From Vulcanimicrobiota bacterium (GTDB lineage Bacteria; Vulcanimicrobiota; Vulcanimicrobiia; Vulcanimicrobiales; Vulcanimicrobiaceae), in assembly GCA_963733295.1 (NCBI GenBank), contig CAVTCS010000002.1, forward strand, positions 1 through 20,951: a DNA stretch of 20,951 bases. Direction: 5' to 3'. The position numbers and the translations under genes are program-made. Shown here one piece after another: positions 1 to 9,126 of this stretch (the stretch's first letter is position 1; each line of letters opens with the position of its first letter). A model generated the notes under the pieces. That model made no database searches and was not told where the DNA came from. It saw only the letters and a list, made by a program, of their open reading frames with translations.

Positions 1-86
1 GAGGATTGCGAGAGGACGGTTTAAAGCGATCGCCGATACCGCCGCCGCGAACAACGAGGGCTTGCGAATTCTCGCCCGGACCGCGA

Positions 87-1106
87 CTATTCGACGGTGA
101 GTTTGACTCGATCTTTGATCAGGTAGTACTCGGAACCGTTGCCCGTATAGATTCGCAAACTGACATCGTGGACGCCCTTTGAAAGCGAGTTTGCGGGAAT
201 TGTTATCAGGAAACCGGATGGCGCGAATGCATCGTTTCCTAGCGCCGAGGCGACGTCCGGACGCTGCGAGCCGTAAACACCGGCCACATCTTTTTTAGCG
301 TCGATGACTGCGCTGACTCCTCCAGCGACTCCCCCACTCAATTTGTCGATAGCCCAACCTCGGAGTGTTATCGGATCGGCGGCATTCACAGTCGCCAACG
401 CCGGCGTCTCATTCGTCTCGGTCAACGGCCGTCGTCCAACGACGATTTCGTCCAACGCATAGGCCGTCGCTTCGGGTAACTCGTGTGCCGCCGCGGGGAG
501 CAGTCTGCGCGACTGCACGACGACGGTTGACCAAGCCGGGTCGACATAGTAGCCTTCCCTGCTTTGATCCTCAAGAAGGAACGCTAAACGGTGCGTGCCC
601 TCGCGCAGCAACGCCGACGGAACGATGATGTTGAATCCGGATCTCTCATACTGTGGGTTCTTTAACGTTGCCGCCACGTCGGGGCGGGCGAACAAAGGCC
701 CTCTTGCACGCGCAAATTGATCGACTTGAAGGTACGCGACGGACGGCGCCGCTTTCGCGGACTCTTCGATGGCCCAGCCGGAAACTTCTAGATTCTGGCC
801 TTCAGTCATGACGATTTTCGCACCCTTTTTGAAGATCTGCTTCTGACCACCGACAGTTAGAACGTCCAGCGTCACGCTTGGTTTGCCTGGAAGAACCGCT
901 AATGCGCTCTGGGCGGTTCCGCCGGCGTCGGAGGCGACATCTGCCGACCCTTGGTGGCCCGTTTGAGAGATCACGATGCCTACCAGCAAAATCAGAATTG
1001 CGAGCGCGCCGATGGTCGTCTCAAGCCAATATTTGGCCGCGAATCTCGTGAAACTAAATTCGGGTTTGGTCATTTTTCCTTCATCGATTCTTATTTTACT
1101 CGGCAT
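87..1106 (-). CDS. Membrane-anchored protein with two tandem beta-rich (probably Ig-like) 'GW..RPDV..SGF' domains
   Basis: One N-terminal hydrophobic segment (TTIGALAILILLVGIVI), then two repeats: VSGWAIEE..RPDVAATL..SGFNIIVP..EGTHRL and LRGWAIDK..RPDVASAL..SGFLITIP..KGVHDV. An alternative ATG at 1073 follows AAGGA. The fold is inferred. Confidence 0.7.
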   Translation of the reverse strand: MPSKIRIDEGKMTKPEFSFTRFAAKYWLETTIGALAILILLVGIVISQTGHQGSADVASDAGGTAQSALAVLPGKPSVTLDVLTVGGQKQIFKKGAKIVMTEGQNLEVSGWAIEESAKAAPSVAYLQVDQFARARGPLFARPDVAATLKNPQYERSGFNIIVPSALLREGTHRLAFLLEDQSREGYYVDPAWSTVVVQSRRLLPAAAHELPEATAYALDEIVVGRRPLTETNETPALATVNAADPITLRGWAIDKLSGGVAGGVSAVIDAKKDVAGVYGSQRPDVASALGNDAFAPSGFLITIPANSLSKGVHDVSLRIYTGNGSEYYLIKDRVKLTVE

Positions 1107-1121
1107 AGATGCAGAGGCTCG

Positions 1122-3137
1122 TCATCTATAGCGAATGGTCGAAAAGCTGCATTCGATGCGGCTCTGAAAAAAGAAAGGCGTGCTTGTGACTAACTCAACG
1201 CTGCTCGGTCGGGAAACCACATTCCTTTGAAGAAAGCGGCGAAGTTGATCCAAGCTCCGCGGCAACGGGGCAATCAGAAATCCGTCCCGGCCATTCTCTG
1301 CGACGATTCGGTAATCCGAAACCTCACCCTGCGAATCCACTCTAAGACGAACCGCCGGCGCGCGAAAGAGCAGCTTTAGCGCTTGCCCCAGCAAGCTGTA
1401 CCGCACGTCCAAAGTCATGAATAAAAGGTCGTCTGAAGAAACGATCGGTATCGGTTCATTCCATGAGTATACGTGGCTGGAAACCTGCGTCGCAACGCTA
1501 CACCTATTCGGAACGCGCTTCATGACCAATACGTCTTGGTTCCCTTCGGTCGCGACGATTCGCGGAATGGCGGGATCAATGGAATAGTTGCACAGAATCT
1601 CGCGCGTGGCAGCAGGTTGATCCCAGAGAGGATGCCTGCCATCGATAGCATCCCAGAGATAAAGCGTTCGCGCGGCGCCCGTTGTCCTGACGTGTTCAGC
1701 GTCGACGTGATCGAGCGCCGGAGTGTATGCAGAATATGCTTGAAGAACGGGATCTGGATTCCAGACGAATCCGTTCGCAAAGACAACCGAAGTCTCCCAA
1801 GGTTCGACGTCCACAGACGATCTGCCGATCGCCTTCACCACCGACGGCGCCAGGCGGTCGGGCCGCAGACCGTCGCTGTCGATTGCAGCGACTTGCTGGC
1901 CGCCACGCCAGGCTCCCATGAACCGCGCAAGGTCCCGACCGACCCGTTCCGGCGATAGCGCATTTAATGGGGCCTCGGGTGCCCCCTCGGCGCGCCCCAC
2001 GACACTGAGCGCGAAAACTGCAATCAGCGTGACGACAGCATTGATCGCAAGAGATCGGCGGCCGGCGGACAAGCGAAGCACCGTACCGCAGACCAGCAGA
2101 GCCGTCCAGAACGCGTATAACACATGGAGATCTTGGCGCACGAAGCCCTCCTTGTAACCAAAGAAGAGACTTATTAGCAGCGCAGCGACCACCGGAGCGC
2201 TCAGCGCGCGAAGATTCGCAAAGAGCATCAAGCCAACCAGTGAGAAGACGCCTAGCGCGAATCCAATCTCCCAAACTGCGCCATGCAAAGACATCGCAGC
2301 GGAGTAGCCCATAGCAATCTGCATCGAGGTACCGACGAATGCGCGAAATGATGGAGAACCGGCGAGTACGAAGGCGCACAAAATGGCTGCTGCGATCGAT
2401 GCCCAAAGATAGCCATTTCTTACGTTCGGATTCGAGCAAATACCCACCGAAAGCAGGGCTCCAAATGCAAGGACTACCGCTGCCGCGTTGCCATAATCGA
2501 GATGAGCGAAAATCGCGCTCGCTGCCGTAATTGCCCCTACCGAAAAGGCGAAGAGCGCTTTCAAGTCACCCTGTGGCTGCTTGTGAAGCGCTCGCGACGC
2601 GCGCCACCCGAACAAAGCGAGAGCACTCGCAAAGGTAGCAACTCCGATGTTGAACTTCATCAGCAGCGCCAGTCCACAAGCCAGTCCCAGAATCAGCGCG
2701 GATAGCGGCGCCGCCCTTTCCGCTCGGAACTGCGGCAGAGTGAGGGCGACGATCAGAGCGATACTCACGATATCGATGGGCAAGATATCAACGAGGCAAA
2801 TCAAGATGACCAAAACGAAAGCAAGACCTTGCGGAACCTCGCCGCTTTCGCCCGCGCAATATGCGACCACGATGGCGAGTATTAAAGCCAAGACAACCGC
2901 AAATACTAGTATTGGCGAATAACTGTCTTCGGTGCCAATACCGACCCCAAGATATCCGAACGGTCCATACGTGAAGACGATATCGCGACCGAAAACAAGG
3001 CCCCGCATACTTGCCTCGGTCAAGCCTGCTTGCCACGATCCGCCAAGACCGGTAGATGCAGTGTACGGGACAAAAAAAGCGCGGAGAAACACCAGCCCGG
3101 CGACGCCCATGCGGGCGGCCAACAGAAAACCCTTCAC
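1122..3137 (-). CDS. Polytopic membrane protein with a soluble C-terminal domain; putative GT-C-type (lipid-donor) glycosyltransferase
   Basis: 671 aa. Many hydrophobic segments over about the first 380 aa, a first loop SWQAGL..GLVFGRDIVFTYGPFG, motifs MKFNIG and KEGFVRQDLH, then a soluble domain. Lies downstream of a DPM1-like GT on the same strand. Function is inferred. Confidence 0.6.
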   Translation of the reverse strand: MKGFLLAARMGVAGLVFLRAFFVPYTASTGLGGSWQAGLTEASMRGLVFGRDIVFTYGPFGYLGVGIGTEDSYSPILVFAVVLALILAIVVAYCAGESGEVPQGLAFVLVILICLVDILPIDIVSIALIVALTLPQFRAERAAPLSALILGLACGLALLMKFNIGVATFASALALFGWRASRALHKQPQGDLKALFAFSVGAITAASAIFAHLDYGNAAAVVLAFGALLSVGICSNPNVRNGYLWASIAAAILCAFVLAGSPSFRAFVGTSMQIAMGYSAAMSLHGAVWEIGFALGVFSLVGLMLFANLRALSAPVVAALLISLFFGYKEGFVRQDLHVLYAFWTALLVCGTVLRLSAGRRSLAINAVVTLIAVFALSVVGRAEGAPEAPLNALSPERVGRDLARFMGAWRGGQQVAAIDSDGLRPDRLAPSVVKAIGRSSVDVEPWETSVVFANGFVWNPDPVLQAYSAYTPALDHVDAEHVRTTGAARTLYLWDAIDGRHPLWDQPAATREILCNYSIDPAIPRIVATEGNQDVLVMKRVPNRCSVATQVSSHVYSWNEPIPIVSSDDLLFMTLDVRYSLLGQALKLLFRAPAVRLRVDSQGEVSDYRIVAENGRDGFLIAPLPRSLDQLRRFLQRNVVSRPSSVELVTSTPFFFQSRIECSFSTIRYR

Positions 3138-3178
3138 GGACTTACCCTAATCCGAAGCCCGTCCACTGGAAAAGTAAC

Positions 3179-4174
3179 TTACGAGACGGCCCGGTTTTTC
3201 ATCGAAGCGGCCACGTACTTGTGTGTATCTTCTATGATAAAATCGATGTCGTATTTTGGCTCCCACCCGATCGCATCGCGAAGCTTCTCGTTCAATCCGA
3301 TGCGAAAACGCACATCCGCCGGCGGCACGGGCATTGCCTTCACAGGCGGGAATGCGACGCCGCGGTTCACGTGTGTCCAAATCTTACGAGCCAAATCCGC
3401 GATTTTCTCCGTGCTTTGACCGCAAATATTGAAGTCGTCATTTCGGAGATCCCTTTGGATCATCGCTCGTAGCGCTTCGGAAATATCTTTTGCATGAGTG
3501 AAGGTGCGAACTTGTTCGCCATCACCGAAAATCTCAAAGGGCGTCTGCTTCACGATCGCCTTGTAGACGAAGTCGGGTACCACGTGCGACATGCCGAACT
3601 CCACGCTGCCATCAGATTTGAAATCGGGAAGTTCGCCGCTTCCAACAGCGTTGAACGGCCGCACGATCAGGTAGTGAAGTCCAAATTCCTGATGTGCGCC
3701 CCGCGTCATGAACTCACCAAAAAGTTTTTGCATACCGTAGTTCGTTATTGGAACCGGTTGTTGAAGTGAATCCACCTCCGTTACCGGTCGATCCATACGT
3801 TCGTAAATCATGGATGACGAAAAATAGACAAATAGGGCGTCAGGAGCGGCCGCAAGCGTAGAATCGATCGCGTGCGCGAGTAACTCCGTGTTGTCCCGGG
3901 AAATGCGATAAGGGATCCTATGAAAGTACTTTATACCTCCGATTAAAGCGGCCAGACAAAGGATTATGTCATAGCCCTTGAACTCCATCGGGTACATCGT
4001 TCGCACATCCTTGATCTCGAGCTTGAAGTTCGGATGAGCGTAGAAATCGTGCTCTATGTATCCGTATTTTGAAAAATTATCGATGACCGTAACACTATAG
4101 CCCGCGGTTAGCAATTCGCGAACGACGTAGGAACCAATGAAACCGGCACCACCAAGACAGAGAATCTTCTTCAA
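3179..4174 (-). CDS. NAD-dependent epimerase/dehydratase (extended SDR) acting on a nucleotide sugar
   Basis: GGAGFIG Rossmann motif, SSS, YGMQK (YxxxK), RPFN, GDGEQVRTF. Start reassigned to TTG at 4174 (LKKILCLGG), which has AGGAGG 6 nt upstream. The longer ORF to 4285 overlaps the upstream gene. Confidence 0.9.
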   Translation of the reverse strand: MKKILCLGGAGFIGSYVVRELLTAGYSVTVIDNFSKYGYIEHDFYAHPNFKLEIKDVRTMYPMEFKGYDIILCLAALIGGIKYFHRIPYRISRDNTELLAHAIDSTLAAAPDALFVYFSSSMIYERMDRPVTEVDSLQQPVPITNYGMQKLFGEFMTRGAHQEFGLHYLIVRPFNAVGSGELPDFKSDGSVEFGMSHVVPDFVYKAIVKQTPFEIFGDGEQVRTFTHAKDISEALRAMIQRDLRNDDFNICGQSTEKIADLARKIWTHVNRGVAFPPVKAMPVPPADVRFRIGLNEKLRDAIGWEPKYDIDFIIEDTHKYVAASMKNRAVS

Positions 4175-4184
4175 AGGCTTCCTC

Positions 4185-4901
4185 CTAAGGATCCCGCAAT
4201 GCCACACGCCGCCGGAAGGCGTAGCGATACCAGCGCAAGTAGTGCGGCAGCCACTTACGAATATTGAACCGCGACGTACCGGCAACCCGATCCCGCCAGA
4301 CCGTCGGAATCTCGCCGACCCGATAGCCGTTCACGTAAGCCTTCACTACCATCTCCAAGCCGATCTCGAAACCAGCTTGCGATTGAATGGCCGTTGCGGC
4401 GACAAACGATCCCCGATACATTTTGAAATTATTCGTCGCATCGTGCGTCGGTATCCCAGTCAAGATATGAAGCGATAGCCCGGCCGTGCGCGACATCAAA
4501 CTCTTCAGCGGCGGCCCGCCGATTTGCCGGCCGCCGTGCATGTACCGAGAACCGCAGACGACGTCATACTTGTTCTCTGCGATCAACTGGTACATGCTAT
4601 TGACGTCGTTCAGATCGTCCGAGAGATCCGCCATAATCACGGCGATTGCCGTCTCTTGGGAACAGCTCTCGAGGCCGGTCTTCACTGCGTTTACCGCACC
4701 TCTACCGTACTTGTTCTGCAGCAACCGAACAGGGAAACTTAGCGCACCCATGCGAGCACGAACAACTGGCACCGTGGTGTCTTCCTCAAAGTCGTAAACG
4801 ATGACCAACTCGCACTGTACGCGGACCTTTTCCGAGATCGCGTCGAGCAGCCCATCGATGTTATCGGCTTCATTGTAAACCGGGCATACCAGCGAAAGCA
4901 T
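4185..4901 (-). CDS. GT2 polyprenyl-phosphate glycosyltransferase (DPM1/GtrB/ArnC-like)
   Basis: LSLVCPVYNEADNI, MADLSD (DxD-like), VVCGSRY..GG, DATNNFK, GFEIGLE, EIPTVWRDRVAGTSRF. 238 aa with no C-terminal transmembrane helices. Confidence 0.88.
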   Translation of the reverse strand: MLSLVCPVYNEADNIDGLLDAISEKVRVQCELVIVYDFEEDTTVPVVRARMGALSFPVRLLQNKYGRGAVNAVKTGLESCSQETAIAVIMADLSDDLNDVNSMYQLIAENKYDVVCGSRYMHGGRQIGGPPLKSLMSRTAGLSLHILTGIPTHDATNNFKMYRGSFVAATAIQSQAGFEIGLEMVVKAYVNGYRVGEIPTVWRDRVAGTSRFNIRKWLPHYLRWYRYAFRRRVALRDP

Positions 4902-4924
4902 CGGGCCGCCCTAGATGAATGTCG

Positions 4925-6184
4925 TCAAAGAACGCACCCCTGACCCCACATGTTCCAAATATCGACAACGATCTTCTCGGCGGGAATCGTTAGATCGCGA
5001 TATTCGTGGTGAGGCGCTCCGAGCACGATGACGTCGGACTGAGAAACCAACTCGCTAGCTGAAACGAAGCCAGGCTCATCGATGTAGGCGTCGGAACATA
5101 AGACTCGGCCGCTTTCGAATGCCAAAACCTTGCGAAGCTTGTATGAAAGTGACTCGCGCTTGTCATCGCTCTCTGCCTTAAACGCCATACCGAGTACGCC
5201 GACGGTTAATTTCGAGAGATCGCATCGCCGCTTCAGCCGATCGACGAGATAATTCGGTAATCCCTCGTTTACGAGCATCGCGGCGTGGCCCAAATAGAAT
5301 CGGTTGTTGTTGAACGCGGCCAACTGCATGGCATCCTTGAAGAGACACGGTCCCGCGGCGAACCCCGGTTTTGGCAGATCTTTAGCCCGAGGATAGTTGT
5401 GGGTCATGGCGTGGTGAATCCGATAGAAGTCGGCGCCGTGATCGTTTGCCAACATGTAGAACTGGTTCGCAGTTGCAAACAGCGTGTACCGCCATGTATT
5501 GGTGAAGAGTTTCGCGAGTTCAGCCTCGATGGGCGCGAGTTCGACCACGTCCGCCGTGAGGGGTGCAAACAAGTCTCTGCAGCGGCGAAGACCATCCTCG
5601 GAAAACGACGAGATGATCTGCGGCAGAGTGCGGAGTTCTTCCATCGCGTGCCCCTCCGCGATTCGCTCGGGACAAAATGCAACCTCAACATCTTTTCCCG
5701 TGTCGCTCAAAAGGCGTTTGAGACGGTCGGTCGTGCCTGGATAAACCGTGCTGCGAAGCACGACGAGTTGACCGTCCACGAGGTGTTGCGAAAGCGAATC
5801 CATGAGCGCGCGAATCGGCTCGAACTCAGGGTTGAGGTGCCGATCGACCGGCGTGCCGATCACGACGATGACGACGGCCGCCTGAGAAACCACCGTCGCG
5901 TCGAGACTTGTGTGAAAGGTTCCTCGAGACAGCGCGTCCCGGAGAACCCCTTCGCAGCCATCTTCTTTGAAGGGAACATTTCCGGCCCTGATCCGAGATT
6001 CGACTTCTGGGTTGATGTCTAACGCGCAGACCTGCCGTCCGGCACCAGCGAGCGAAACGGCTAAAGGTAGGCCCACATGACCGAATCCACCAACGACGAC
6101 AACGTCATACGGCCTCGTTGGAAGACGCCCGTCCTTATTGAAGTTCGGATGGGCAGTTTTTGAACCTGAGTCTACGGTCGCCAA
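4925..6184 (-). CDS. Nucleotide-sugar 6-dehydrogenase (UDP-glucose/GDP-mannose dehydrogenase family, WecC-like)
   Basis: GGFGHVGLP, GTPVD, LRSTVYPGTT, FCPERIAEG, AELAKLFTN, catalytic GPCLFKD and GMAFKAESDDKRES. TTG start with GAGGA upstream. Confidence 0.92.
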   Translation of the reverse strand: MATVDSGSKTAHPNFNKDGRLPTRPYDVVVVGGFGHVGLPLAVSLAGAGRQVCALDINPEVESRIRAGNVPFKEDGCEGVLRDALSRGTFHTSLDATVVSQAAVVIVVIGTPVDRHLNPEFEPIRALMDSLSQHLVDGQLVVLRSTVYPGTTDRLKRLLSDTGKDVEVAFCPERIAEGHAMEELRTLPQIISSFSEDGLRRCRDLFAPLTADVVELAPIEAELAKLFTNTWRYTLFATANQFYMLANDHGADFYRIHHAMTHNYPRAKDLPKPGFAAGPCLFKDAMQLAAFNNNRFYLGHAAMLVNEGLPNYLVDRLKRRCDLSKLTVGVLGMAFKAESDDKRESLSYKLRKVLAFESGRVLCSDAYIDEPGFVSASELVSQSDVIVLGAPHHEYRDLTIPAEKIVVDIWNMWGQGCVL

Positions 6185-6221
6185 GCCAGGATCCTCGGGC
6201 GCTATGCGCTAGTCATATCGA

Positions 6222-7553
6222 TTATCGGCAGGGTGCGGAGCACCCTCCATTCGTCGGTCGTTTTCCCGCGGGACCTTCGCCAATGTTCGCCAGTTCTTCG
6301 ATATAGTGGCGCGCGAGATCTGCCGAGGGATATAATTTTAGGAGCTCGACGTCGGATGCGGTTTCTATTCGCCGTTCGGCATAGTAAGCTGCCAAATGAA
6401 TGTCATAATCGCCGCGCATCCCTTTCAAGCCATAGCGCGAAGAGCAGACAAATAAAATCGCGGCACAACCGGCTGCAGCAGCCCAAGCAAAACGAAAGAA
6501 TGACTTCGAGCCTGTAAGAGCCGCGGTGAGCATTCCTAGCGAAATGCACGAGATCCAAAGTGTCGTAGCCGGAGTAGCATAGCGGCTCGAGAGAGCCTGT
6601 TCTGACCCGAGGGCTGCGCGTCCCAGCGTCGTCAGTACGGCACAGAGGATCGCAAAGGCGCCCAGAGCGATCCAGGGAGCCGCGATCTGTCTCAACGTCC
6701 CTCGCGAACGTATAGTGACTGCGCTCGTCGTTGCATATCCGAGTACGGCGGCGCTACCAATCGCGGCCGCCCAGAAGGAACCTGCCCAGTTGCCGAGGGG
6801 ACCGCCAAGATAAGCGAAGACGTAGACCACGGAAGCCCAGACAGGTGCGTGCTCGGCTGCAGACGGCGAATGCCAGAGCCATTGATACTGATAAAAATAG
6901 AGACAGATTGCTAGCGTCGCAAGCGTGACCCAGGCGGTGGCGAAGAGCCGCTTCCTCGGGTTCGAGAGCAGAAGAGCGATCAGGCCCACTGGCCAGACGT
7001 TGAGGCCAAAGAGGCTAGAATACGAAGCGACAACGGCAAACGCACTCGCAAGGATGAAGCGCTGTGTCGTCAACGGAGAGGCGCAAAGAGACCACAAGAG
7101 CCCAACTACGCACGTGTTTACCAGTAGCCAAACCGTTTGGAAGCCCCACGTCCAGTTGTTCTCTTGTGAAAGCGAGAAGAGCAGTAACGAGTCGAGGGCG
7201 AGGAGGACGAATGCTACGCGGGTTGCGAAGGTCGCGCGAAGCAGTCGAAACAGGAGCAATTGACCGACGATAACCACGGAGAGGCTCGCCAAGCATTCTC
7301 GCACCTGGCTCCAACCGCCGAGACTTGCGAGGCCCAAGGCGATGAGATTGCCGAAGAGCATTCGATGATCGTTATGCTGCGCCCAGAGCTCTCCAAAGCT
7401 AAGCGTACCATTGTGAGCGTCTACGATCATCGGAGTCCAGTCGAGTTCATCGTAGAACGGAGCATTCACCGTGTATCGTACGATGAAGATGCCGAGAATC
7501 AGCGGGGCGGCAATCGCGACGACGCCGCAGAGGACCTCGAGAACGCCAACCAT
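6222..7553 (-). CDS. Polytopic membrane protein, putative GT-C glycosyltransferase
   Basis: First transmembrane helix followed by an acidic loop (PFYDELDW..LWAQHNDHR), many further hydrophobic helices, QENNWTWGFQ, GRAALG..SSRY. Start is uncertain: 7643 overlaps the divergent ORF at 7625, so ATG 7553 is preferred. Confidence 0.65.
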   Translation of the reverse strand: MVGVLEVLCGVVAIAAPLILGIFIVRYTVNAPFYDELDWTPMIVDAHNGTLSFGELWAQHNDHRMLFGNLIALGLASLGGWSQVRECLASLSVVIVGQLLLFRLLRATFATRVAFVLLALDSLLLFSLSQENNWTWGFQTVWLLVNTCVVGLLWSLCASPLTTQRFILASAFAVVASYSSLFGLNVWPVGLIALLLSNPRKRLFATAWVTLATLAICLYFYQYQWLWHSPSAAEHAPVWASVVYVFAYLGGPLGNWAGSFWAAAIGSAAVLGYATTSAVTIRSRGTLRQIAAPWIALGAFAILCAVLTTLGRAALGSEQALSSRYATPATTLWISCISLGMLTAALTGSKSFFRFAWAAAAGCAAILFVCSSRYGLKGMRGDYDIHLAAYYAERRIETASDVELLKLYPSADLARHYIEELANIGEGPAGKRPTNGGCSAPCR

Positions 7554-7624
7554 TGGTCCGGCGTTACCGGTTGGGAGTCGAAACCTCACACCGAAGTCAA
7601 TATTCTGCGAGCGCGAGGTGACCG

Positions 7625-8284
7625 ATGTCGCCGCAGGTGACAAGCGTACTCATTTTGACCGCAACCTGTGTGGGAATATCCTATTTCTCCTTCCGGCGCA
7701 ATCACGACACGCTTTTTGCAGCGATCGTCGGAGTTCTCATATTCGCAGCCTTTCTTGCCGGTGCTCTCTTGCGTCCTGTTGATCTGACTGCCAAGCACAT
7801 TTCGTTCGAATACGCCGTCGCCAATGACGTGAGCGGCAACGACCGATCTCGAGTTGCGCTGAGTCAGCAGTCGCTCGACAATCTTCCGAATATTCCCACT
7901 CCGGGTCAAGGAAACATCGATTTTATCGCCATCCGACGCGGCGCGAGCATCTCTCCCTCTGCCACGCCTGTGCTTCGTTCGAACGATCGGCTCGAGCTCC
8001 GTGGATGGGCGATGGATCCGCTCGCGCACGCCAGCGCGAGCGGTTTGTTCCTGATTGTCAACTCGTCACGCCGCATCGACGAGTCTGGACTCTATGGAAC
8101 CACCGTTCCCGGTACTGCCCCGCGAGACTCACCCAACCGCCTAGGCGCAAATTTCACGGTTGACGTCCCTGCTTCGGCTTTGCGACCGGGCGTCAACGAG
8201 TTGCAACTCGCGGCGATAGCGGCCGACCAGCGGGGGTTCTTCAAGTTGCCGGATAGGGTGACCGTCACGGTGACCGAACGGTAA
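7625..8284 (+). CDS. Two-TM membrane protein with one C-terminal GW-type beta domain
   Basis: Two N-terminal hydrophobic segments, then GNIDFI..LELRGWAMDP..LYG..FTVDVPASALRPGVNELQL, similar to the repeats of 87-1106. Ends 5 nt before the wzm ATG. Confidence 0.65.
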   Translation: MSPQVTSVLILTATCVGISYFSFRRNHDTLFAAIVGVLIFAAFLAGALLRPVDLTAKHISFEYAVANDVSGNDRSRVALSQQSLDNLPNIPTPGQGNIDFIAIRRGASISPSATPVLRSNDRLELRGWAMDPLAHASASGLFLIVNSSRRIDESGLYGTTVPGTAPRDSPNRLGANFTVDVPASALRPGVNELQLAAIAADQRGFFKLPDRVTVTVTER

Positions 8285-8289
8285 GCTTG

Positions 8290-9126
8290 ATGCTGGAGCG
8301 TTTGAGCCCCGTAGAAACGCAGGTAGGGCTGCCAAAGAGCGGCGCCGCGGCGACCGGACTGGAGAGATACCTCGACCTGGTTCGGATTCTGTCGAGCCGC
8401 ACGCTCAAGACTCGCTACAGAGGCTCCATCTTGGGCGTTTACTGGTCGCTCTCGAACCCGCTCTTGATGACCGGAATCTATTCCGCTATTTTCGGTACGG
8501 CATTCGCAAGTTACTACGGCAACTCGGTGCTGCGCTACGTCTTAGCTACTTTTACAGGCCTCGCGGTTTTAAACATTTTCGCCAATACGACCTCGCAGGC
8601 TCTCACTAGCGTGGTCGATAATGGTGGCCTTCTCAACAAGGTTCGTCTGCCGGTTACCGTGTTTCCGCTATCGATCGTCGCATCGAACGTGTTCCAATTT
8701 GCGGTCGGGACGTTGCCCGTCTTGTGTCTCATCGCAGCCTTTGGCAGCCGCAGTCTGCTGAACGTCCTCTGTGTCGTCTTTCCCGCGCTGTCGCTGCTGC
8801 TCGTGACCGCCGGGTTCTCGTATATCGTCAGTGCATTGTACGTCTTCTTTCGCGATCTGCCGTATATGTACGAGCTCGTCCTCTTCGTGGTGTGGATTAC
8901 GAGCCCGATCTTTTATCCAATCGAAATTGTCCCCGTAAGAGTGCGGCCGTTTCTTGCATTGAATCCTCTCGTGCCGATCATCAGCAGTTTGCGTCAAATT
9001 GCTCTGACGCATAACGCGCCCGATCTGATCCTCATCGGTTGGAGTTTATTGACGGGGGTCGTGACGCTAGCCATTGGTTTGGCGGTCTTTCACGCGCTCC
9101 GCAAAGAGTTCATGGATCTGCTGTGA
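8290..9126 (+). CDS. wzm: ABC-2 polysaccharide exporter permease
   Basis: RTLKTRYRGSILGVYWSLSNPL, LLNKVRLP..FP, FFRDL, SPIFYP, LNPL and about 6 transmembrane helices. Its stop overlaps the wzt start (GTGA). Start is ATG 8290 or TTG 8287. Confidence 0.92.
   Translation: MLERLSPVETQVGLPKSGAAATGLERYLDLVRILSSRTLKTRYRGSILGVYWSLSNPLLMTGIYSAIFGTAFASYYGNSVLRYVLATFTGLAVLNIFANTTSQALTSVVDNGGLLNKVRLPVTVFPLSIVASNVFQFAVGTLPVLCLIAAFGSRSLLNVLCVVFPALSLLLVTAGFSYIVSALYVFFRDLPYMYELVLFVVWITSPIFYPIEIVPVRVRPFLALNPLVPIISSLRQIALTHNAPDLILIGWSLLTGVVTLAIGLAVFHALRKEFMDLL

Noticed and set aside
1..100. Possible partial ORF at the left edge, on either strand
   Set aside because: About 30 codons with no diagnostic motif, so strand and identity cannot be determined.
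3072..3078. A7 run near the start of the 671-aa gene (and G6 at 17389-17394) as slipped-strand phase-variation tracts
   Set aside because: Too short to be convincing. The frames are intact and the G run is part of the rmlA ribosome-binding region.
4175..4285. N-terminal extension of the SDR ORF to 4285
   Set aside because: It overlaps the upstream GT gene, and a strong AGGAGG precedes TTG 4174 right at the Rossmann motif.
5285..6022. Long antisense or alternative-frame ORFs (for example 5285-6022, 1696-2439, 10333-10947, 13380-14054, 17517-18080)
   Set aside because: They are shadow ORFs of well-supported genes in GC-rich DNA and have no recognisable motifs.
9039..9122. N-terminal extension of wzt
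   Set aside because: It lies inside wzm. The GTGA-coupled start at 9123 is more plausible.
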